64,000 bases of DNA from contig CAVROI010000001.1 of NCBI GenBank assembly GCA_963722825.1, forward strand, positions 1,221,956 to 1,285,955. Reading direction: 5' to 3'. The DNA comes from an uncultured Gemmatimonadales bacterium. Its GTDB lineage: Bacteria; Gemmatimonadota; Gemmatimonadetes; Gemmatimonadales; GWC2-71-9. Position 1 is the first letter of the stretch. Every line of letters starts with the position of its first letter. The notes under the pieces are model-generated. The model made no database searches, was not told the origin of the DNA, and was given only the letters and a program-made list of their open reading frames with translations. This document shows positions 13,585-22,781 of the stretch, piece after piece. A program made the position numbers and the translations under genes.

Positions 13585-14949
13585 CAGTGTCGGTCCACCA
13601 TGTTCCATGGCGACGCTGAAGCCGAAGACATTTATCCCGTTGCGATGTTCGTACCAGAGCCGTCCGCCGTGCTGCTCCGCGATCCACCGCACGATACTCA
13701 GACCGAGATGCGCACCATCATCACCGGCTTCGGTGTCCACCACTGAAGACCGCAAGGGTGACCCACGACTGGCAACGTCGACCCGTGCGGCGGAGTCTTT
13801 GACCGAGACCGAGACGCAGATGTCCGGAGGCAGTCCGTGGCGGCAGGCATTCTCGAGCAGCTCGAGCAGTGCCTCACGCAGCAAACGATCCGAGCCCGGC
13901 ACCGTCACCGCCGCAATTTCACCCAACGCCAGGCAGCGGGAAGTCTGCGCCGCCCGGCCTCGCATCAAGTCGGTGCACTCCAGCGCCAGTCCGTCGAGCT
14001 CCACCAGATCCTCCAACGGGATCCGCTCGCCCGTCTGGGCTTCGGCTAACAGCAACAGCTCGTCGACGCGCCGGCGCATCTGGTGCGCCGCCATCTGCAC
14101 CCGGCGCATACCTTGGCTTCGTGTAGCCTCATCCTCGGGGCTGTTCACGCTGAGGTCGGCCTCGCCGAGCACGACGGTGAGTGGCGTTTTGAGCTGATGC
14201 GCGGCGCGCTGCACGAAGCGTTGGTTGCGCAATTGCGCCTGTTCAAGACGCCCGAGCAGGTCATTGAAGCGGAGCACGAGGTTGTCGAGCTCGTCCGGGG
14301 GCTCGCCCACGGGCAGCCGGTGTGCAAGTGTTGTGGGGTCCAGCGAGGCAACCGCGTGTTCGAGAATGGCGATCGGGCGAAGGGCCTGACGAGCGAGGGC
14401 ATAGCCGCCGGCCAGGCTCAGGAGCACGACGAGGGGCGCGCTCGCCAGCATCCACCACCCGAGGGACTCGACGTGCTCCTCCGTGGGCTGGCGGGCTCCG
14501 ATCGCGACAACGCGGAAGGGCACAGTTCCGCCCGCTCTCGCCTGGGCGGCCACGATTCGGACGTCGTCTTCCCGCCCGGTCGATCGATCCATCACCAGAG
14601 GGTCCTGTGGCCGCCGCGAGGCCGGTACGGCCGCGAGGCTTGTGCGGTTTCCATAGCGCGCGACGACACTGCCGGCGCTGTCGTATACGACGAATGCCGT
14701 GGACGTGGCCGGCCACTCGCGAAACGTCTCGCGCGCGGCCCAGGCCAGTCCCGCCTTCGGCATCTCGCTGGACTCGCGGTCGAGTGCATCGGCGAACCCG
14801 TTGGCGGACTGCTGCAGATGGTGCGTCAGCTGGTGGTCGGCATCACGGCGGATGAGCAGGAACAGGGAGAAGTTCAGCACCACGAGGCCGACGGCAAAGG
14901 CAAGAGCGAACGCGGCGGAGAGTCGGAGCCGTAAACGGCTAAGCGGCAT
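13573..14949 (-). CDS. Sensor histidine kinase (2 TM, HAMP, HisKA, HATPase_c)
   Basis: H-box RAAHQLKTPLTVVLGEADL. C-terminal ATPase region with LGLSIVRWIAEQHGG. Its 3' end overlaps the purK 3' end by 12 nt (convergent). Confidence 0.85.
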   Translation of the reverse strand: MPLSRLRLRLSAAFALAFAVGLVVLNFSLFLLIRRDADHQLTHHLQQSANGFADALDRESSEMPKAGLAWAARETFREWPATSTAFVVYDSAGSVVARYGNRTSLAAVPASRRPQDPLVMDRSTGREDDVRIVAAQARAGGTVPFRVVAIGARQPTEEHVESLGWWMLASAPLVVLLSLAGGYALARQALRPIAILEHAVASLDPTTLAHRLPVGEPPDELDNLVLRFNDLLGRLEQAQLRNQRFVQRAAHQLKTPLTVVLGEADLSVNSPEDEATRSQGMRRVQMAAHQMRRRVDELLLLAEAQTGERIPLEDLVELDGLALECTDLMRGRAAQTSRCLALGEIAAVTVPGSDRLLREALLELLENACRHGLPPDICVSVSVKDSAARVDVASRGSPLRSSVVDTEAGDDGAHLGLSIVRWIAEQHGGRLWYEHRNGINVFGFSVAMEHGGPTLLPT

Positions 14950-15628
14950 CGGGCGCGTTCCGGTCGGTCAGGACATACCCGACGTTTCGGACCGTGTGCA
15001 CGAGCGCCGGCCCCTGGCCGCCGTCCACTTTGCGGCGAACCCGGGAGACCAGAACGTCCACGGCATTCCCGATCGGGTCGAAGTTGTCATCCCAGACGTG
15101 CTCCAAGACCTGCGAGCGACTGACCACGCGCCGGGCATTGCGGAGCAAGTACTCGACGAGGGCGTACTCCCGGGCGGTGAGGCGAAGCTCGCGACCGCCG
15201 CGGCGGACGGTCCGGGTGGCGACGTCCAGCTCGAGATCCGCTAACCTGAGGGTCACATCCAGGGGCGTGGCCGGCCGCCGTGCGAGTGCCCGCAAGCGCG
15301 CCAACAGCTCCTCGACATCAAACGGCTTGGGAAGATAATCGTCGGCGCCGGCATCGAGACCGCTCACCCGGTCGCGCAAGGCGTTCCGGGCGGTCAGGAG
15401 CAGCACGGGCGTGCGGCTTCCGCGAGCACGGGCTCTCCGGCACACTTCGAAGCCGTCGAGGTCGGGGAGACCCACATCGAGAACCAGCAGGTCGTAGCCC
15501 TCGCCCACGAGCGCGGCGAGCGCGTCCTTCCCCGTTTCCATCACCGTGGGCGACCACCAGGCGCCGCGTACGGCCCGCCGGATGATGTCAGCCACCTCGG
15601 GCTCGTCCTCGACGATCAGGACACGCAT
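14939..15628 (-). CDS. OmpR-family response regulator
   Basis: MRVLIVEDE, LLVLDVGLPDLDG, KPF, winged-helix end TVRNVGYVL. GGGAGGG Shine-Dalgarno lies upstream of ATG 15628. Confidence 0.9.
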   Translation of the reverse strand: MRVLIVEDEPEVADIIRRAVRGAWWSPTVMETGKDALAALVGEGYDLLVLDVGLPDLDGFEVCRRARARGSRTPVLLLTARNALRDRVSGLDAGADDYLPKPFDVEELLARLRALARRPATPLDVTLRLADLELDVATRTVRRGGRELRLTAREYALVEYLLRNARRVVSRSQVLEHVWDDNFDPIGNAVDVLVSRVRRKVDGGQGPALVHTVRNVGYVLTDRNAPDAA

Positions 15629-15734
15629 GGATTCCCTCCCAGGTGCGACGGCACGCCGAAACCTACCGACATCGGCACACCTTGCCAGCGCGAGATGACA
15701 GCCGGATGACAACAGCGCCAAGGCCACCGCGACC

Positions 15735-16946
15735 TCACCACGCGCGGTCGCCCGGCTCGGCCTCGTGTCCGGCGAGAACGACGGCGGCACCGAACAACGC
15801 CAGCATCGTCCAGGCAGGCACGCTGTATCCGGCGATCCACTCGTGCGCGATGTTTCCCACCAGATCACGACCGCTCAGACCCACGACTGCCATCATGAGG
15901 ATCAGTACAGCCAGCACCCCCCGACCCACGGCACCCAGTGCGGCCCGGCGGACCGACAGAAACGTGGCGAACACGAACAGCAGGCCGACGAGGTGCGTAG
16001 TAAACGTGATCGGTGACAACAGCAATGCCGCGAGCAATGCGAGACTGAACTCGAATGCCGTGGGAGGTGCGCGCCGGCGGCGGAGGAGTACGAGCTTGGC
16101 CAGAAACACCAGAAGCACGACCACCCAGAGCGTGTAGTACACACCCTGCGCGACATGCTCGGGCGCATGGACGTACTGATAGACGCCCGGCTGGGTCATG
16201 CGACTCACCAGCGCCGCGATGTTCTGCCCGGCGGTATACGTGTCGATCGCTCCGTGCTGGTGCCCCTCGAGAAAGACATGGTAGTACTCGACGAGCTCGG
16301 CTACGCCCCTTGTTGGCCCGCGCAGCAACAACGGGAGCAGCACGCAGGCGATCATGAGCGCCGGTACCGCCAGCGCGGCGCGGCGTCGGCCACGCATGAG
16401 GAGCCAGGCGACGAAAACGATGGGCGTAAGCTTGATGGCAGTGGCGACGACGATGGAGCCCGCCGCCCATCGGTCCCGGCCTCTCAGATAGGAATGAATC
16501 CCGAAAAGGATCAGCGCCAATACCACTTCGTTCATCTGCGCGTGGTGGAAGTTGTCGAGGAAGAACTGGGTGGTGAGGACGACGGCGAGCAGCAGCGGAA
16601 GCCGACCCGGCTGGCGATCGGGGAACGCATGCTCGACGATGTCCCGCGTCAGCAGCACCGCGACTACCCACAGCGCGAGATTCAGCAGCGAGAACAGTGC
16701 CCCCGCCACCTGCAGCGGAAACAGGGCGAGAGGCTGAAACACGAGAGCCGCGAATGGTGGATACTTGAGCACTCGCGCGCCAGGCAGCGAGTCGTGGTAC
16801 AGAGCGTGACCAGTCGCAAAGTTGCGCCCTGCCTGCCAGAACACGTGGAAGTCCTGTCCGACTCGCTGATGTCGGCCCTGGATGATGGACAGAGCGAGCG
16901 CACCGGCGAGCGCGCACCCGGCCAGAGCCACCTTGACCGGTTTCAC
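15735..16946 (-). CDS. Polytopic membrane protein, GT87/DUF2029-like glycosyltransferase
   Basis: 403 aa with about 10 TM segments. N-terminal DFHVFWQAGRNFATGHALY...KYPPFAALVF resembles DUF2029 mannosyltransferases. Family assignment is by eye only. Confidence 0.5.
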   Translation of the reverse strand: MKPVKVALAGCALAGALALSIIQGRHQRVGQDFHVFWQAGRNFATGHALYHDSLPGARVLKYPPFAALVFQPLALFPLQVAGALFSLLNLALWVVAVLLTRDIVEHAFPDRQPGRLPLLLAVVLTTQFFLDNFHHAQMNEVVLALILFGIHSYLRGRDRWAAGSIVVATAIKLTPIVFVAWLLMRGRRRAALAVPALMIACVLLPLLLRGPTRGVAELVEYYHVFLEGHQHGAIDTYTAGQNIAALVSRMTQPGVYQYVHAPEHVAQGVYYTLWVVVLLVFLAKLVLLRRRRAPPTAFEFSLALLAALLLSPITFTTHLVGLLFVFATFLSVRRAALGAVGRGVLAVLILMMAVVGLSGRDLVGNIAHEWIAGYSVPAWTMLALFGAAVVLAGHEAEPGDRAW

Positions 16947-17254
16947 GGATTCCGCGCCCTACGCTCTCGCCGCTCCCGATCGGGGGTCTCGTGCTTCACA
17001 GCAAGGTAGTCCCCCGTCAGGGCGTCGACGTGAACTTCTTCGACTCCGGTACGGCCGGCGATCGTGAGATCCATGGAGTAGATGAGCCGTCCACCCTCGG
17101 GCTCGAGCTCGAGGCTCGCAGCGGTGCGCCTTCCCGAGTAGGCCATCAAGATCTCGACCACAGATGACGGATACATGACAGGAAGTCGGCGCTCGCGTCC
17201 GTGGCGACTGACGCGGTGGAGGACTGTCATGCCTCCGTAACGATCGGTGCGCAT
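16943..17254 (-). CDS. PepSY-domain protein lacking an obvious signal peptide
   Basis: ASLELEPEGGRLIYSMDLTIAGRTGVEEVHVDALTGDYLAVKHE fits the PepSY pattern. Its stop overlaps the GT87 GTG start (GTGA). Start is uncertain (17254, 17230 or 17176). Confidence 0.5.
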   Translation of the reverse strand: MRTDRYGGMTVLHRVSRHGRERRLPVMYPSSVVEILMAYSGRRTAASLELEPEGGRLIYSMDLTIAGRTGVEEVHVDALTGDYLAVKHETPDRERRERRARNP

Positions 17255-17470
17255 TCTTCGGGACCGTATTTCAAGCAGTCTCGATGAGAACCCTGGTCTC
17301 CACGAACCGCGGAACTTCTACGCCCGAAGCCGACCCCTCCCGGATTTGTCGCGCCTCCCACAGGCCCCTCGCGTCCGGCCGCTGGCGCATCTTCGGACTT
17401 CGACCGCCGTCGATCCTTGCGGCGCCGGGTGGCATGGCAATTGGGTGGCGAGCGTCGTTCTAGCGCGCCC

Positions 17471-18643
17471 ATGATTCTCCTGTGCCTCATGTTCATCGCG
17501 CAGGCTCCAGGTGACTCCCTGTCCCTCGAGCACGCACTCGAACGCGCCCGGACTCAGCGTGGCGCAGTCGCCGCGGCGGCGGCTGGCGTGGCGGAGGCGC
17601 GCGCGGGACTTCGATCTGCCGGGGCCATCCCCAATCCAACCGTCTCCTACAGCCACAGCGAGTCCCAGCCGAGAAATCACTTCCTCGTGGATCAGCCGCT
17701 CGACTGGCTGCTACGTCGCGGACCGAACCGGGCCGCGGCACGCGCCGGCATCGCTCGTGCCGAGGCAGATTCGGCGGTGACGGTCGTGGGGTTGCTGCGG
17801 GACGTGCGGGTCGCCTTCTACCGCGCACGGGCCTCACAGATTGCCGGGACGCTCGCCGCAGACCAAGCGGCGCTCGCGGATTCGGTCGCACGGATCGCGG
17901 CCGCGCGACTCCGCGCGGGCGATATCTCGGTGCTCGAGCGTGAGCAGGCCGCGCAGGAGGCGGCCCGCGCACGCCAGACCGCCTCGGTTGCGAGGGAAGC
18001 GGCGCGAGTGGATGAGGCCGAACTGGCCCGGAGCATCGCTTGGACGGGCACACCCCCTCACCCCACCGGCGCCCTGGACGCCGGCCTCGAGCGGCTGCCC
18101 GACACGACGATCGACGTGGGAAGGCTTCCCACACTGCAGACGGCTGTGGCCGATTCCACCGCCGCCGCGGCTCTGACTCGGAGCGCATCGCTCGGCCGGT
18201 TGCCGGTGCCGACCGTCCAGTCCGGCGCTGAATGGGGCGACGACTCACAGCCTGGGGCGCTCGCCGTCGTCGGGCTCGCCATCCCCTTCCCTATCTGGAA
18301 CCGTGGCGGTGGCACCGTGGCCGAGGCGCGGGCCAGGCTCGATCGGGCAACAGCGCTTGCCCGCGAAGCCAGGTTCGATGTCGAGCGGCAGGTGCGCGAG
18401 GCGCGCATTCACCTGGAGGAAACCGCTGTTCGGGCGCGGTTCGCGCGCGACACCGTTCTGCCCGCCGCGGGCGTGCTGCGCGCCCGCGCCCTCCGCGCCT
18501 ATCAAGCAGGCGAGACCGGCATACTTCCGGTGCTCGACGCGCTCCGGGGAGAACGCGACGTCTCGCTCACGGCGCTGCAGGACCAGCTCGCCTACCAGGA
18601 GGCGCTCGCCGAGTGGTACGCGCTGACCGGACGGACCGAATGA
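17471..18643 (+). CDS. Outer-membrane efflux factor (TolC/CzcC family)
   Basis: Signal-like MILLCLMFIAQAPG followed by LSLEHALERARTQRG. Two OEP-type repeats. Confidence 0.75.
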   Translation: MILLCLMFIAQAPGDSLSLEHALERARTQRGAVAAAAAGVAEARAGLRSAGAIPNPTVSYSHSESQPRNHFLVDQPLDWLLRRGPNRAAARAGIARAEADSAVTVVGLLRDVRVAFYRARASQIAGTLAADQAALADSVARIAAARLRAGDISVLEREQAAQEAARARQTASVAREAARVDEAELARSIAWTGTPPHPTGALDAGLERLPDTTIDVGRLPTLQTAVADSTAAAALTRSASLGRLPVPTVQSGAEWGDDSQPGALAVVGLAIPFPIWNRGGGTVAEARARLDRATALAREARFDVERQVREARIHLEETAVRARFARDTVLPAAGVLRARALRAYQAGETGILPVLDALRGERDVSLTALQDQLAYQEALAEWYALTGRTE

Positions 18644-19689
18644 GGCGCCCGCTCGCGACTCTGTGCCTGATCCTCATCGCGGCCTGCGGGAGAGAAAGCG
18701 CGGGTAGTGAGGGCGGGAACACCGCGGCCCGGGTGCCCGTCGGACTCGGGACGATCACGCGTGACTCCATGGTCGAGTCGCTCGCGCTCACCGGGCGACT
18801 CGAGGCGCGACCCGGCGGTTCCGCTCTGCTCACCGCGCCCGCGGCCGGTGTGGTACGGGCCATTCACGTGCAGGTCGGCGACCGGGTACGGCGTGGCGGC
18901 CTGGTGGCCGAGCTTCAAGTGCCCGAGCTCGAGGCCGACGCGGAGCAGAAGGCATCCATTGCCGCCCAGGCGGAGCGCGAGGCCGCGCGCCAGCAGCAGT
19001 TGCTGAGCGACGGGATCACATCATCTCGCCAGGCCGAGGAGGCGGCCGCCAACGCCCGTCAGGCCTCCGCCTCCGCCGCCGCCGCGCACGACCTCGTGGC
19101 GCGCACCCGAGTGACGAGCCCACTGGCGGGACAAGTGCAGGAAGTGATGGCACAGCGCGGTGAGCGAGTCGAGGCGGGTCGGACGCTGGCGCAGATCCTG
19201 GCGCCGGACACGCTCGACCTCGCTGTGCCGGTTCCCGCTCCCGACCTGGCGCGCCTTCGAGTCCGAATGCCGGCCGACGTAATGCAGGACGGCGACACGC
19301 TGGCAGTGCGCGGCCGCCTCGTTGCGCTTGCGCCCGGCGTAGATTCGCTCACCAACGCGGGAGAGGCGGTGATCCGCGTGCCCAACCTCGACCGTCGCCT
19401 GCATCCCGGCGCGACGGCTACCGCCCGCATCCGGCTCGGCGTGCGACCCGACGTCCTGATCGCACCCGACTCCGCGCTTGTCCTCGCCGGGGACAGCAGC
19501 GTCGTATTCGTCGTCGGACCCGATTCGGTCGCTCACCAGCGTGTCGTCCAGCGAGGGATTCGCGCCGGCGGTCGTAGCGAAGTTCATGGAAATGTCCGGA
19601 CTGGCGACCGGGTCGTGACGACGGGAGCCTTCGGCCTGCAGGATGGCATGCATGTGGTGCCGGCGGTCCCAGCGGGACGCACGAAGTGA
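18640..19689 (+). CDS. RND efflux periplasmic adaptor (membrane fusion protein), lipoprotein
   Basis: Lipobox LILIAAC. Coiled-coil hairpin and beta-barrel regions typical of HlyD/CzcB adaptors. ATGA overlap with the upstream gene. Confidence 0.8.
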   Translation: MRRPLATLCLILIAACGRESAGSEGGNTAARVPVGLGTITRDSMVESLALTGRLEARPGGSALLTAPAAGVVRAIHVQVGDRVRRGGLVAELQVPELEADAEQKASIAAQAEREAARQQQLLSDGITSSRQAEEAAANARQASASAAAAHDLVARTRVTSPLAGQVQEVMAQRGERVEAGRTLAQILAPDTLDLAVPVPAPDLARLRVRMPADVMQDGDTLAVRGRLVALAPGVDSLTNAGEAVIRVPNLDRRLHPGATATARIRLGVRPDVLIAPDSALVLAGDSSVVFVVGPDSVAHQRVVQRGIRAGGRSEVHGNVRTGDRVVTTGAFGLQDGMHVVPAVPAGRTK

Positions 19690-22600
19690 GTGTCACTTGG
19701 TTCTTCCTGAGGCACCGGGCCGCCGTGTACCTTGCCGTGGCCCTTCTCACGCTCGGCGGACTCTGGGCGCTGTTCACGCTTCCCGCCGGCATCTATCCCG
19801 AGGTGACCTTTCCCCGGATCGTGGTGCTCGCGCGCGGCGGCACCTTCGAGGCCGAAGAGATGACAGTCGCCGTGACGCGGCCGCTGGAAGAGGCGCTCAG
19901 CGGCATCCTCGGCCTCCGGCGCATTCGAACGCTGACGGTGCGCGGCTCGGCGGAGCTCAGTCTCAATTTCCGTCCGAATGCGGACATGGGATTCGCGCTC
20001 AGTCAGGTGCAGGCGCGCCTCGCGGCGACACGGCCGTCCCTTCCGGAGGGGCTCGAGGTCAGCGCCGAGCGCCTCACACCGTCAGTCTTTCCGATGCTGC
20101 AATACGAGATCACCGGGGCGGATCCCCTTGTGCTCAGGGATCTTGCCGAGTTTACGATGCGGCCCCGGCTGGCCGGACTCCCGGACGTCGGCGAGGTAGC
20201 CGTCGAGGGCGGGCGGGTTCGCGAGATTACCGTCCAACTCGATCCGGCCCGTCTCGTGGCCAACCACGTGAGCACGTCCCAGGTCGCGCAAGCCATTTCC
20301 ACCACCAACCTCGCGGAGGCCGCCGGGCGCACCGACCGCGATTACCGGCAGTACGCCGTCATTGTCTCCGGCCTGACGAACACGCCTGAGGCCGTCGGCC
20401 GCGTGGTGGTGACGCAGAGCGGCGCCCGACAGGTGCGGGTGGCCGACCTGGGGACCGTAGGCTACGGGGCGGAGGATCTCTTCCAGATCGTCGCCGGAAA
20501 CGGGAGACCCGCCGCGCTGGTGAACATCTCGCGTCAGCCGAATGGAAATACCCTCCGCCTGCAGGCGGCGGTCCAGGCGACCATGGACTCGATTCGCACC
20601 CTGCTGCCTGCCGGCGTCGCCCTTCAGTCGGTGTACGACCAGGCGGCCCTCGTGCGGGAATCGATGAAAAGCGTGCGCGACGCAATGCTGATCGGTAGCG
20701 CCCTGGCTGTGCTCGTGCTGCTTCTCTTTCTCGGTGAATGGCGCACCACGGTGGCCGCGGCGCTTTCGCTTCCGCTCACCGTGGTCATCACCCTGCTCGG
20801 CCTCGCCCTCACGGGAGACTCGCTCAACTTGATGAGTCTCGGAGGACTCGCCGTCGCGATCGGGATCATCATCGACGACGCAGTGGTCGTCGTCGAGAAT
20901 ATCGAGCGCCGCCTGGCGCTCCATCCCGACCAGCCCGCATCGGACGTCATCCGGAGCGGAACCGATGAGATCTTCGGACCGGTGGCCGGTTCCACCCTCA
21001 CGACAGTGGTGGTGTTCGCACCGCTCGGCCTCCTCACCGGCGTGGTGGGTGATTTCTTCCGGTCATTCGCCATCGCGCTCGCGGTGGCGGTGCTGCTCTC
21101 GTTCGTCCTGGCCATGACCCTCATCCCCGGAGTCGTCGCGCAGTGGACATCGCGGTCGGGGGCGCGCTCCGGGCCGGCGGTGGCCCGTCGCGAGCGCAAG
21201 CGGGGCCTGGCGCTGCATAGTCTCGTGGACCGGTATGGCCGCGCGATCGGCTGGATGCTCGCCCACCGTGCCGCTGCCCTGAGCGCGGCCGGGCTGATGT
21301 TAATCGGCGGGTTCGCCCTCACGAGGCTAATCGGCACCGGCTTTCTGCCGGAGATGGACGAGGGTGGATTCATCCTCGATTACTGGGCGCCTCCTGGCGC
21401 GGCCCTCTCGGAGACCGACCGGCAGGTGCGCGTGCTCGAGCGAATCCTGCTGGCCGATTCGGCGGTGGAAGCGTTCACTCGCCGGACGGGCAGCGAGCTC
21501 GGTTTCGCGGCCACGTCGCCCAATCGCGGCGATTTCACCGTTTTTCTCAAGCCACGCGGGCGGCGCCCATCGGTGTACGAAGTGATGGATCGAATACGTA
21601 CCGCGGCCGAGGAGCAGGCACCGGCCGTCCGAGTCGAATTCGTGCAACTCATGCAGGACGTCATCGGCGATCTCGCCGGCTCGTCGGAGCCGGTCGAGCT
21701 CAAGCTGTTCAGCCGCGACCAGCCCGCCGCCGAGCGGGCCGCGATCGCGATGGGGAACGCGATCAAGGACATCCCCGGACTGGTCGACCTCTTCAACGGC
21801 GTGCAGGGAGCGAACCCGGAGCGCCGCGTCGAGCTCGACCCCGCTCGCGTCACCCGTCTCGGTCTCACCGTCGCCGATGTGGAGGCACAGTCCCGTGCCG
21901 CGCTGTTCGGCGCCGGCGCGGGCAGCGCGCGGGAGCCCGACCGTCTCGTGCCGATCAGAGCCCGCCTTCCCGACAGCGTCCGGTATCAATCCGACGCGGT
22001 GAGTCGCGTGCCGATCATCGGACCGTCCGGATGGCTGCCGCTTGCCCAGCTCGGTGAGACGCGTGACACCGGCGGCGCCAGCGAGCTCCTCCGTGAGAAC
22101 CTGCGTCCGTTTGTGGCGGTGACTGGGCGGACCAGCCAGCGGAGTCTGGGCAGCGTCATGAAGGACGTACGGGCCGCGGCGGCAAGGGTTCCCCTGCCTG
22201 CGGGTGTCACGCTCGAGGTCGGTGGCCAGTACGCCAGCCAACAGAGCTCTTTCCGCGAACTACTCGGCGTACTCGCGCTCGCAATCGGCGCGGTACTCCT
22301 GCTACTCGTCATGCAGTTCGGCAGCATTCGCGGCGCACTTGCCATCCTGCTCGCTGTGCCACTCGGCCTCATCGGCGCCCTCCTCATGCTGGGTGCGGCA
22401 GGGGTTCCCTTCAACGTGTCCAGCTTCATGGGCGTGATCCTGCTGGTAGGGCTCATCGTCAAGAACGGGATCCTGCTGCTGGATGCGGCGCATCGCGCTC
22501 TGGAGGATGGAGAATCTCCAGCCGAGGCGCTGGCGCATGCCGGTCGCGTCCGCCTCCGGCCGATTCTGATGACCACCGTCTGCACGCTCGCCGGGCTGGT

Positions 22601-22781
22601 GCCGCTGGCGCTCGGGCTCGGTGCCGGCGCGGAGCTGCAACGCCCACTGGCCCTGGCGGTCATCGGAGGGTTGATGGTGTCGACCGCGGTGACCCTGCTG
22701 ATCGTACCCGTGTTGTTGGAGGTGTTCGGCGATCTCGAGCACCGGCGCCGCCTGATCACTCCAACCGAAAGCACTCCATGA
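19686..22781 (+). CDS. RND efflux transporter permease
   Basis: 1031 aa, 12 TM. TM4 motif MSLGGLAVAIGIIIDDAVVVVENIERRL. GTG start in a GTGA overlap. Confidence 0.9.
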   Translation: MSVTWFFLRHRAAVYLAVALLTLGGLWALFTLPAGIYPEVTFPRIVVLARGGTFEAEEMTVAVTRPLEEALSGILGLRRIRTLTVRGSAELSLNFRPNADMGFALSQVQARLAATRPSLPEGLEVSAERLTPSVFPMLQYEITGADPLVLRDLAEFTMRPRLAGLPDVGEVAVEGGRVREITVQLDPARLVANHVSTSQVAQAISTTNLAEAAGRTDRDYRQYAVIVSGLTNTPEAVGRVVVTQSGARQVRVADLGTVGYGAEDLFQIVAGNGRPAALVNISRQPNGNTLRLQAAVQATMDSIRTLLPAGVALQSVYDQAALVRESMKSVRDAMLIGSALAVLVLLLFLGEWRTTVAAALSLPLTVVITLLGLALTGDSLNLMSLGGLAVAIGIIIDDAVVVVENIERRLALHPDQPASDVIRSGTDEIFGPVAGSTLTTVVVFAPLGLLTGVVGDFFRSFAIALAVAVLLSFVLAMTLIPGVVAQWTSRSGARSGPAVARRERKRGLALHSLVDRYGRAIGWMLAHRAAALSAAGLMLIGGFALTRLIGTGFLPEMDEGGFILDYWAPPGAALSETDRQVRVLERILLADSAVEAFTRRTGSELGFAATSPNRGDFTVFLKPRGRRPSVYEVMDRIRTAAEEQAPAVRVEFVQLMQDVIGDLAGSSEPVELKLFSRDQPAAERAAIAMGNAIKDIPGLVDLFNGVQGANPERRVELDPARVTRLGLTVADVEAQSRAALFGAGAGSAREPDRLVPIRARLPDSVRYQSDAVSRVPIIGPSGWLPLAQLGETRDTGGASELLRENLRPFVAVTGRTSQRSLGSVMKDVRAAAARVPLPAGVTLEVGGQYASQQSSFRELLGVLALAIGAVLLLLVMQFGSIRGALAILLAVPLGLIGALLMLGAAGVPFNVSSFMGVILLVGLIVKNGILLLDAAHRALEDGESPAEALAHAGRVRLRPILMTTVCTLAGLVPLALGLGAGAELQRPLALAVIGGLMVSTAVTLLIVPVLLEVFGDLEHRRRLITPTESTP

